A DNA stretch of 64,000 bases from the NCBI GenBank assembly GCA_964016885.1, contig OZ024745.1:21018001-21082000 (forward strand), read 5' to 3'. Each line of letters opens with the position of its first letter. Position 1 is the first letter of the stretch. This document shows, in pieces, positions 54,683-64,000 of the stretch. The stretch is from Eledone cirrhosa (taxonomy: Eukaryota). The notes beneath the pieces are model-generated. The model was not told the origin of the DNA. It did no database searches and worked only from the letters and a program-made list of their open reading frames with translations. The position numbers were made by a program, and so were the translations under genes.

Positions 54683-54823
54683 TAAAATAACAGATTAAAT
54701 ATTTAAATATTTATATTTAAATATTAAATATTTGGTCTACGGTTCTTATATATTTGATATATATTTATCCTTATGGAGCCCTCTTTGGATTTTAGTCTTC
54801 AAATTTATTATTATTACTATATA

Positions 54824-54864
<41 letters not shown>

Positions 54865-54895
54865 GTCTGTATATATATATATATATATATATATG

Positions 54896-54953
<58 letters not shown>

Positions 54954-54956
54954 CAT

Positions 54957-54991
<35 letters not shown>

Positions 54992-55079
54992 GTAATAATA
55001 ATAAATATATAAGAACCCTAGATTAAATATTTAATGTTTAAATATAAATATTTAAATATTTAATCTGTTATTTTAATAA

Positions 55080-55085
<6 letters not shown>
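54675..55085. repeat. AT-rich inverted repeat pair (54675-54755 / 55002-55085), PLE-remnant family shared with 4943-5133
   Basis: ttattaaaataacagattaaatatttaaatatttatatttaaa versus tttaaatataaatatttaaatatttaatctgttattttaataa. Confidence 0.75.
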
Positions 55086-55140
<55 letters not shown>

Positions 55141-55145
<5 letters not shown>

Positions 55146-56287
55146 TATGAAGAGAGAAGAAACATTTAGATATAATTAGTAATAAAATGTATCATACCTA
55201 AACTGCTCCTAGATTCCTCGACTACGTAGTTTCGTGGCATAAACAAAAACAATACATCATAAAGATATAGAGTCCTTGCGAGGTCTGCCGACTTATCAAG
55301 AGGATACCTCATTTTACTAGTCTCAAGAACGCGTCTACACGACGTGAGAAAGAATCCCAAAAGGCGGAGGGGGAGATAGTCACGCGATATAACGGTCGAG
55401 AAACAGAGCTAAGCCTCTTATAACCCCGAAGAAAATACCACGGAGGCGGAGGGGGTATTTATATCGAAGCCGTAGAAGAGGTGGTGAAGGAGGCGAGAAG
55501 TATGAGTAATGGAAGCTTTCCAGCAGTCCTCACACCTCAAAGATTGCTCGACCAGAGGGAGTTATTAACAATATATTTAGAAACACACAGATACATGCGG
55601 ACACACACATATACATGAATGCATCCGCACCCAACCGTGAGTTAAGGGTGCCAACTTCACCGATGTTGCTCAATGAATGACTGGGACAGACCAATCCGGT
55701 TGAATTAGACTGAACCAGTATCAGAGTTAAAAATACATTATGAAGAGAGAAGAAACATTTAGATATAATTAGTAATAAAATGTATCATACCTAAACTGCT
55801 CCTAGATTCCTCGACTACGTAGTTTCGTGGCATAAACAAAAACAATACATCATAAAGATATAGAGTCCTTGCGAGGTCTGCCGACTTATCAAGAGGATAC
55901 CTCATTTTACTAGTCTCAAGAACGCGTCTACACGACGTGAGAAAGAATCCCAAAAGGCGGAGGGGAGATAGTCACGCGATATAACGGTCGAGAAACAGAG
56001 CTAAGCCTCTTATAACCCCGAAGAAAATACCACGGAGGCGGAGGGGGTATTTATATCGAAGCCGTAGAAGAGGTGGTGAAGGAGGCGAGAAGTATGAGTA
56101 ATGGAAGCTTTCCAGCAGTCCCCACACCTCAAAGATTGCTCGACCAGAGGGAGTTATTAACAATATATTTAGAAACACACAGATACATGCGGACACTCGG
56201 TGAAGTTGGCACCCTTAACTCACGGTTGGGTGCGGATGCATTCATGTATATGTGTGTGCCCGCATGTATCTGTGTGTTTCAAAATAT

Positions 56288-56292
<5 letters not shown>
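55141..56292. repeat. 593-bp direct duplication with a terminal inverted segment
   Basis: 55141-55604 repeats at 55734-56197 almost identically (identical 64-aa ORFs 593 bp apart). 56197-56292 is the reverse complement of ~55568-55663. Confidence 0.92.
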
Positions 56293-56343
<51 letters not shown>

Positions 56344-56429
56344 GAAAAATTGAACAGGGACAGAACAGAGCGGCAGTACAATAAATGTTTATTAAATTCA
56401 CGCTCAGGAGAGTGGGGGGTAGGTGGGGG

Positions 56430-56460
56430 GACGACGTTTCGGGCATAAGCCCTTCTTCAG
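56430..56460 (-). ncRNA. Minimal hammerhead core in the PLE pseudo-LTR
   Basis: Minus strand CTGAAGA-A-GGGC-TTAT-GCCC-GAAAC-GTC, in the same sense as the ORF. Stem I is weak. Confidence 0.6.
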
Positions 56461-57276
56461 GTGAGAAGTGTGTGGGAACAGAGTTCAAAAGGTGTGTAGG
56501 GGAGTGGTGGAGAGACATATAGCGAAAGGAAACGGTGCGAATGAAAAATTAACAAATAAAGACAAAAAATATAATAAATAAAAATAAAGCATGATCAAAA
56601 TACAAGGAATGAGAAAATTTAAAAATAAAGGCATGATCAAAATAAACTGAAATTAAAAGGGGGGTAAACAGGCGGTGGAAGGGTGTGGGGAGAGTAGGGG
56701 TGGTGGCAGGTGGAGTGGGGAGAGGGAGACGGGGTGTCCGAGCAGGGAGGGCTGAAGGTGGTGTGTGTGTGGTTAGGTGTGCGTGTGTGTGTGTATGTGA
56801 AAGTGAGGGTTGGGGGAAAAACGGGGTTGCATGTTCAGGAAGGTGTGTGTGGGGGGGGGGGGGTTGTGCGTGTGTGGATAGGGGGGGGAGAGGAATCAGG
56901 AGGCTGAGGGTGTAAATATGTGGTGGGAAGCACGTGGGTGTGGTTTAAGCGTGTTGTGGGTGTGGGTGGCGTGTGGATAAAAACAATTTTTGGGGGGGTG
57001 TGTGTGTGGGTGAGTTATATAGGTGATGGTGTAAGAGGATGGTTGAAAAATTGGTAAGTTTCACGGATGTTTGGAGATTTGGTTAGAAGTCAATTTCGCG
57101 TAATCCAAGAAGCGGTGGTCGGAAGAGGAGAGATGTGGGGTGCGCGCGCAACAGGAAGTGGTCAGCAGTGGGAGTGCTGTGGTCAGTTGGTGCAGAGAGG
57201 TGGTCGGAAGGGCATAGCAGCAGTCGGCGGAATGGTAGGGAGGCGAGGATGGGTAGGTGTGAGAGTTAGAGTGAGG

Positions 57277-57318
<42 letters not shown>

Positions 57319-57834
57319 GTGTGTGTGTGTGTGTATTAGTAGGGGTGTTAGTGGGATGAGTGAGTGTGGAGCGGGGAGAGAAGGGTGTGTGTGGTTCTAT
57401 GGAGGGAGTGTGGTGTACTGGTGTGTGTGTAGTTTGGTGAAGAGGTGTTAGTGGGTGTTAGTATACGGGAGGTGGGGAGGGGTGGAATGCAAGTGTGAGT
57501 GGGGGTTAGTGGTGGTAGGGTGTGTAGAGTTGGTGGTGTACGAGGGTGTGTGGGTACGTGTGCGTGCGGTTGGGGGGTGTTAGTGATGTTAGTTGCGTGT
57601 GGGGTGGGTGGTGTAAGTGGGTGCGTGTGATAAGGAGGGGGGAGGAGGAGAAGAGGGGAGGGAAGGGATGTTAGTATGTTAGTTGGGGAAGGGTGGTCAG
57701 ATGGGGGGGGAGTGGAGGTGTTAGTATTGTTAGTGTGGGGTGGGCGGTGAAAAGGAGGGGTGTGTTAGTGGTGTGAGTGGGGGATAAGTGTGGGGGGAGG
57801 GGGGCGGTCGAACGCTAAAGGAATAAGGGTGGGG

Positions 57835-59010
57835 AGTTCAGGCCGGGGGAGTGTGGGTCTGTAAGATGAAGATAGTGCGTTGTTCGACCGTAAGGCGATG
57901 GGCGGGTGTTCCGTGGCACTGGAGTAGGCCACAGACTGTGAGATGGCGTGCGGAGTGTCCAGGGCCACCAAATTGGCGGGCGATGGGGGAACTGCCCCCG
58001 AGACGAATATCACGGAGGTGCTCCGTGACTCGGTCCGCCAGGCGACGTCCCGTCTGTCCGACATAAGTCGCGCTGCACTCCGTACAACGAAGTCCGTAGA
58101 CTAGGTTGGAGGAGGTGCAGCGGAAGGCATGCCGGACCGAGAGAGAGTGGCCGTTGGGACCCTGGAAGGTGGTGGTGTTGGTGATGTGGGGACAGGTGTT
58201 GCAGCGGGGCCTAGAACAGTGGAAGGAACCGGGGGGGGAGCGTGGGTTTGGGGGGTATGGAGCTGTGGACGAGGAGGGTGCGGAGATTGCGTGCGCGTTT
58301 GAAGGAGGGGAGTAGTGGGGTTGGGAAGATGTGGGAGGTGGAGGGGTCGGACTGGAGGCGTCGGAAGAGGCGGCGGATGGTGCGGTGGAGGGGGTGCGGT
58401 GGATGGGTGCGGTGGAGGGGTGGTAGGTGATGGGGAAGGGGAGACGGTGGGTGGGTGTGCGGTGGCGTGGGGTTAGGGTGGTGGAGCGGGGGATAGCACG
58501 GGCGCGGGTGAGAGCGGTGTAGACGAGAGAGGGGGGTAACCTCTGCGGATGAAATGGCTGACTAGGGAAAGGGCCTGGGACTCGAAGTCAGCATCACGGC
58601 TACAGAGGCGGCGGATCCTGAGAAGTTGGGAGTAGGGAATGGAGAGTTTAGTGTGGGTGGGGTGGGAAGAGGTGAAGTCGAGGTAAGAGTGGGAGTCGGT
58701 GGGTTTGAAGAAGGCGGAGGTGACGAGGGAGTGGTGGGAGGGGTCGAAGGCGACGGAGATGTCTAAGAAGTGGACGTGGGTGGTGGAGATAGAGGTGGTG
58801 AAGTGGAGGGAGGGGTGGAAGGAGCAGAAGAAGGAGAGAAAGGAGTCGAGCTGTACTCGGGTGAGGGTCGTGGCTCCGATACAGTCGTCAATGTAACGAC
58901 CGTACAGTTCGGGCGTGGGGCCGGTGTACTGGGCAAAGATTTGGGCCTCAACATGGCCAACAAAAAGGTTGGCATAGTTCGGGCCCATTCTTGTGCCCAT
59001 GGCTACCCCC

Positions 59011-59014
<4 letters not shown>
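57835..59014 (-). pseudogene. PLE RT-GIY-YIG ORF fragment with frameshifts
   Basis: ORF 58473..59165 holds the RT core and thumb. It continues through frameshifts at G homopolymers into FKRARNLRTLLVHS and the GIY-YIG domain, ending near GLN. Confidence 0.9.
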
Positions 59015-59087
<73 letters not shown>

Positions 59088-59091
59088 GGGT

Positions 59092-59388
<297 letters not shown>

Positions 59389-59754
59389 TTTAAAGAATTC
59401 TCTTGGCCTTTGTCACTCTATGTAGAGATTTAAAGAATTACCTTTTAAAGAGTTTCCCTTTTCTTTAAATCCATCAACCATGACCGAACCCCAATCATCT
59501 TATAGACACCTGAAATATAGGCATTGTTAGCTTAAGGGAAACTTAAAAATAAGGAGTGGCACCCCAATTTGAACTTGTTTATAGAATTCTTTCTGCCTTT
59601 GTCACTCTAAATATAAATTATAGCCTTATAGATTTAGCTTTTAATGAATTCCCTGTTCTTTCAACCAATGACCTCCACCCATCCCACTCCCCACCTTCTC
59701 CTACCACCTGAAAAGATATAAATACCACAACATTTATTTTGGACAGCCAGATTC

Positions 59755-59788
59755 CTGATGATTTCTAAAGAATGAAACAGTTCTAGTC
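59755..59788 (+). ncRNA. Hammerhead-like core lacking a clear stem I
   Basis: CTGATGA-T-TTC-TAAA-GAA-T-GAAAC-AGTTCTA-GTC, followed by (TA)n at 59816. Confidence 0.4.
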
Positions 59789-59811
59789 CTGTAGATTCTC
59801 ATCTATATTAA

Positions 59812-59862
<51 letters not shown>

Positions 59863-60168
59863 AATTGAAACAAAATGAAAACGCAATTTCATTTCTCACT
59901 CTTAGTATGGCACTTACTTAAATGTAAGTATGCATGTATACGTACATACATATATGTATACAGACGTACAGTAGCATGCATATATATATATATATATACA
60001 TATATATATACATATGCATACAGGTACACATACATATATGCACGTATCAGTTTAGCGGCGCTTATTATAACGTCGCTTTGTTCGTTTGTAAACAAACTGG
60101 ACAGCCTGAATTTATGTCATACGGTGTTAAAGCAACCACGTCACCTTTTTGTTCAACACTGACACAGG

Positions 60169-60213
60169 AACGATGTACTAGTTTCAAGCTTGTTAGCTAT
60201 CATCAGCACTGTT
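60169..60213 (-). ncRNA. Type I minimal hammerhead ribozyme (inverted unit; one stem I mismatch)
   Basis: Minus strand AACAGTG-CTGATGA-T-AGCT-AACA-AGCT-T-GAAAC-TA-GTA-CATCGTT. Confidence 0.75.
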
Positions 60214-60448
60214 TACCCATCTGCCAGATAGTTGAACGTTCGAAAGTATATACTTTCCTTGTGAAAATTAACGGCTGAGCAGCCTAATTTGCATATTGAG
60301 TGAGTTAAATCGGTCAGGCATACCGAAAACGATAAATTGAAACAAAATGAAAACGAAATTTCATTTCTCACTCTTAGTATGGCACTTACTTAAATGTAAG
60401 TATGCATGTATACGTACATACATATATGTATACAGACGTACAGTAGCA

Positions 60449-60494
<46 letters not shown>

Positions 60495-60606
60495 TATATA
60501 CATATGCATACAGGTACACATACGTATATGCACGTATCTGCTCAGCCGTTAATTTTCACAAGGAAAGTATATACTTTCGAACGTTCAACTATCTGGCAGA
60601 TGGGTA

Positions 60607-60651
60607 AACGGTGCTGATGATAGCTAACAAGCTTGAAACTAGTACATCGTT
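60607..60651 (+). ncRNA. Type I minimal hammerhead ribozyme
   Basis: AACGGTG | CTGATGA | T AGCT AACA AGCT T | GAAAC TA GTA | CATCGTT. 7-bp stem I, palindromic stem III (ACTAGT), predicted cleavage after GUA (60644). Confidence 0.85.
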
Positions 60652-61080
60652 CCTGTGTCAGTGTTGAACAAAAAGGTGACGTGGTTGCCTTAACACCGTA
60701 TGGCATAAATTCAGGCTGTTCAGTTTGTTTACAAACGAACAAAGCGACGTTATAATAAGCGCCGCTAAACTGATACGTGCATATATGTATGTGTACCCGT
60801 ATGCATATGTATATATATATGTATATATATATATATATATATGCATGCTACTGTACGTCTGTATACATATATGTATGTACGTATACATGCATACTTACAT
60901 TTAAGTAAGTGCCATACTAAGAGTGAGAAATGAAATTTCGTTTTCATTTTGTTTCAATTTATCGTTTTCGGTATGCCTGACCGATTTAACTCACTCAATA
61001 TGCAAATTAGGCTGCTCAGCCGTTAATTTTCACAAGGAAAGTATATACTTTCGAACGTTCAACTATCTGGCAGATGGGTA

Positions 61081-61125
61081 AACGGTGCTGATGATAGCTA
61101 ACAAGCTTGAAACTAGTACATCGTT
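61081..61125 (+). ncRNA. Type I minimal hammerhead ribozyme
   Basis: Identical to 60607-60651, 474 bp downstream. Confidence 0.85.
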
Positions 61126-61289
61126 CCTGTGTCAGTGTTGAACAAAAAGGTGACGTGGTTGCCTTAACACCGTATGGCATAAATTCAGGCTGTTCAGTTT
61201 GTTTACAAACGAACAAAGCGACGTTATAATAAGCGCCGCTAAACTGATACGCGCATATATGTATGTGTACCTGTATGCATATGTATATA

Positions 61290-61329
<40 letters not shown>

Positions 61330-61564
61330 TGCTACTGTACGTCTGTATACATATATGTATGTACGTATACATGCATACTTACATTTAAGTAAGTGCCATA
61401 CTAAGAGTGAGAAATGAAATTTCGTTTTCATTTTGTTTCAATTTATCGTTTTCGGTATGCCTGACCGATTTAACTCACTCAATATGCAAATTAGGCTGCT
61501 CAGCCGTTAATTTTCACAAGAAAAGTATATACTTTCGAACGTTCAACTATCTGGCAGATGGGTA

Positions 61565-61609
61565 AACGGTGCTGATGATAGCTAACAAGTTTGAAACTAG
61601 TATATCGTT
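61565..61609 (+). ncRNA. Type I minimal hammerhead ribozyme (two C-to-T changes retained as G-U pairs)
   Basis: AACGGTG-CTGATGA-T-AGCT-AACA-AGTT-T-GAAAC-TA-GTA-TATCGTT, 484 bp after the previous copy. Confidence 0.8.
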
Positions 61610-61767
61610 CCTGTGTCAGTGTTGAACAAAAAGGTGACGTGGTTGCCTTAACACCGTATGGCATAAATTCAGGCTATTCAGTTTGTTTACAAACGAACAA
61701 AGCGACGTTATAATAAGCGCCGCTAAACTGATACGTGCATATATGTATGTGTACCTGTATGCATATG

Positions 61768-61801
<34 letters not shown>

Positions 61802-62299
61802 TATGCATGCTACTGTACGTCTGTATACATATATGTATGTACGTATACATGCATACTTACATATATATTTATATATATACTCATATTCATTTCATTAATG
61901 CTAAATAGTGAGCTAAATGTTACTCTGGAGTTACGCCTGTTTATCTCGATGTCATTTTGTGGAGAGAATTTTGTAAAAACTATATCCGAAGTTGGCAGAG
62001 CGCTCAGTCATTCAGTACTATTAAAACCTTCTTTGTCTTTGTGTTGGTTATATTTTCATATTTTTATTGTTTTTTCCATTATTTCCTTTAACATATTTAT
62101 TTGTATCTTGGCTATTTTTCCTTCTCGAAACCTCTTGCACAATTTTGTTTCGTTTTACCCCATCAAATTCAAATTTTGTTATGGTTGAATTTAAATGTCA
62201 TTACTTTTACGTTTATATAATAAACACCTGATATTAAGATTGATTCAAATCACTAGACCTTTCGAAGCCTTGTGTATTAATTTATTTACGGATGTCATA

Positions 62300-62570
62300 T
62301 CCTATATTTTTCGATAGTAATGCCTTTGAAATCAGCAATGCAATACACCGTGTCTTGTATGAAAATCTGTTGGCAAAGTTGCTATTCTATACGCTTTAAA
62401 CATCACTGATTCACTTGAATCGAATGTTTCTTATGATGTAGCTTAGTCGTAGCTTTTGTTGATGGATGTCCCTCTGCAACATTTATTCGAAGAAGCCCAA
62501 AGCTCAGTTGTATCAACCCCACCCTTCATTCTCTTTATTAATGAGATACTCACAGCTACGTCAAAGCCTA
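62300..62570 (-). pseudogene. Highly decayed non-LTR retrotransposon remnant
   Basis: The minus strand near 62500-62560 gives, with frameshifts, KRNEGWGLIQL, resembling the LY..R.EGGRGL..L motif C-terminal to RT. Confidence 0.3.
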
Positions 62571-63048
62571 TATCCATCACTCATAATAGATAGATATATC
62601 CATTCTCACCTCCATTCACGCACACGTACAGGTTACACCGACATTCAACTTCAATTTCCTTAGTCTAAAATGCTCGTCCATACGCCTTGATATAATCTTA
62701 GAATGGCAACTTGACTATTTGGGATTATGAAATAGAACTAACATAAAAGCGCTAAGCCTTTAGGTCTTCTATGTCAAGTTTCTCATGACAGGGACAATAT
62801 GCAGCAAGAGGCATCATTCCTGTTTAAAATTGTAGGCTTTCTGATCATTGCTAGCCTTTTATGTTAACATTTCATTCACCCAGTTAGAAATGGTTTCCAT
62901 CTTAGTCCCTAAAGTGTATTAGAGATGATGTACTATAACCAAAGTTTAAATACACTTTATATTGCTAATCATGTACATGGGACAGTACACTTCTCACCTC
63001 ATCTCCTACACACACAAACATACTTATATGTGTGTATATGTAAGTATA

Positions 63049-63210
63049 GGCGGCGAATTTGCAGAGTCGTTAAAACATCGGATAAAAGGTTTTGCTGTAA
63101 TCGTTCTCACCTTAAGCTCTCTGATTTCAAATCTCACCGAGGTCAACTTCACCTTTAAGTGTTCCGAATTCGATAAAAGTTACCAGTGCAATAAAGGGGT
63201 TCATTTTACC
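63049..63210 (+). mobile_element. Old diverged Meta-domain-like SINE
   Basis: ggcggcgaatttgcagagtcgtt...gatttcaaatctcaccgaggtcaacttc...cgataaaagttaccag. Confidence 0.6.
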
Positions 63211-63542
63211 TCTATATACCCCCCACCCATCTCTCTCTCTCTCTCTGGAAGAAATCGGCTGTGAACAGTCCGAGAAAGGAGAAGGGATCTGACAGGTTTA
63301 AAGTGCCCAAGGAACGTTGTGTGTCAGAGCCATGTCCCATGATTTCACCTGAAGTTACGGGTCCATATTTATAAGTACGTATACATATATATGCGTGTAT
63401 ATATGTCATGTATGAATGTGTATATATATATATATATATATATGCATGTATGTATAATAAATTATATATACGTGCACACCAACATAAATATATACACATA
63501 TAGATGTGTGTGTGTGTGTGTGCTATATGTGGATAGACTCAT

Positions 63543-63680
63543 GTCGAGACCTCTGGTGTCCTTGTTCCTCGCTCTGCTTATTTCCTCAGTAAAATCGGAA
63601 ACAATGCAGACAGGTACGAAGAGGAAGAGGTCTGTCAGACCTATTCTACTCGAGGCTTTAGTAAAAGAGGCATTCTCTAG
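63543..63680. mobile_element. Rearranged CRE-family fragment (direct plus inverted pieces)
   Basis: 63543-63600 matches 50047-50105 on the plus strand. 63605-63680 is the reverse complement of ~49973-50045. Confidence 0.75.
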
Positions 63681-63937
63681 ATAACAGCAGAGAAAACGAA
63701 CCTAAAACCGTGTGGTCGCAAAGCAAACGTTTAACCACATAACCCACGCCAAGCCGTATAAGTAAAATTTGGCTGTCAGTGGTAAGCGGTAAACTACGAA
63801 CGTTAAAATTCTTAGACCTTTATATATACCATACCAACTCTGTCTCTCAGTCTCACACATAGCATTACCACACATACACACACATATGTACATACACACA
63901 CATACACACACATGCCCATATACACATACACAAACAT

Positions 63938-64000
<63 letters not shown>

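Larger units (their letters stand above)
56342..59014 (-). mobile_element. 5'-truncated Penelope-like element (Neptune-like): RT, Zn-finger linker, GIY-YIG, long C/A-rich 3' region and pLTR end
   Basis: RT: GVAMGTRMGPNYANLF, YIDD, FLDI, KPTDSHSYL, SSHP, SIPYSQLLRIRRLCS. Linker CSRPRCNTC. EN: NLVYGLRCTECSATYVGQTGRRLADRVTEHLRDI. The 3' end abuts (TA)n. Confidence 0.93.
59861..61861. mobile_element. Retrozyme-like array of 474-484-bp HHR-bearing units: ~1.4 units on the minus strand (59861-60537), then ~2.8 units on the plus strand (60538-61861)
   Basis: The unit start ctgctcagccgttaattttcacaag recurs at ~60538, ~61012 and ~61496. Inversion junction tgcacgtat|ctgctcag. TA-rich tracts on both flanks. 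No coding capacity. Confidence 0.85.

Noticed and set aside
55166-55953. Two identical 64-aa ORFs
   Set aside because: A by-product of the 593-bp duplication, with a non-ATG start and no recognisable domain.
61000-61007. Octamer ATGCAAAT in each array unit as an snRNA-type promoter element
   Set aside because: A single 8-mer in AT-rich DNA with no identifiable PSE. Insufficient evidence.

Overview
Repeat-dominated eukaryotic DNA with no recognisable host protein-coding exon. The SINE types and extreme microsatellite load resemble cephalopod (Octopus-like) genomes, which is an inference. About 23.5 kb (6750-30215) is an 11-bp satellite, GTGATGTAT(A/G)T, with an internal ~1.15-kb inverted block. 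The rest holds microsatellites, tRNA-derived SINEs, a mariner-type MITE, decayed RTE, CRE and R4-like LINE fragments, and several Penelope-like element (PLE) pieces, including a 5'-truncated RT plus GIY-YIG copy at 56342-59014. Almost all long ORFs in the track are translations of simple repeats. The main signal is a set of type I minimal hammerhead ribozyme (HHR) motifs found by reading the sequence. One lies in each unit of a ~474-484-bp tandem/inverted array at 59861-61861 (retrozyme-like). One lies in each arm of a 395-bp palindrome at 37412-37806. Several more are degenerate. These modules sit in or next to (TA)n tracts and repeatedly show a divergent fold-back layout, which suggests PLE-driven, ribozyme-bearing non-autonomous retroelements.
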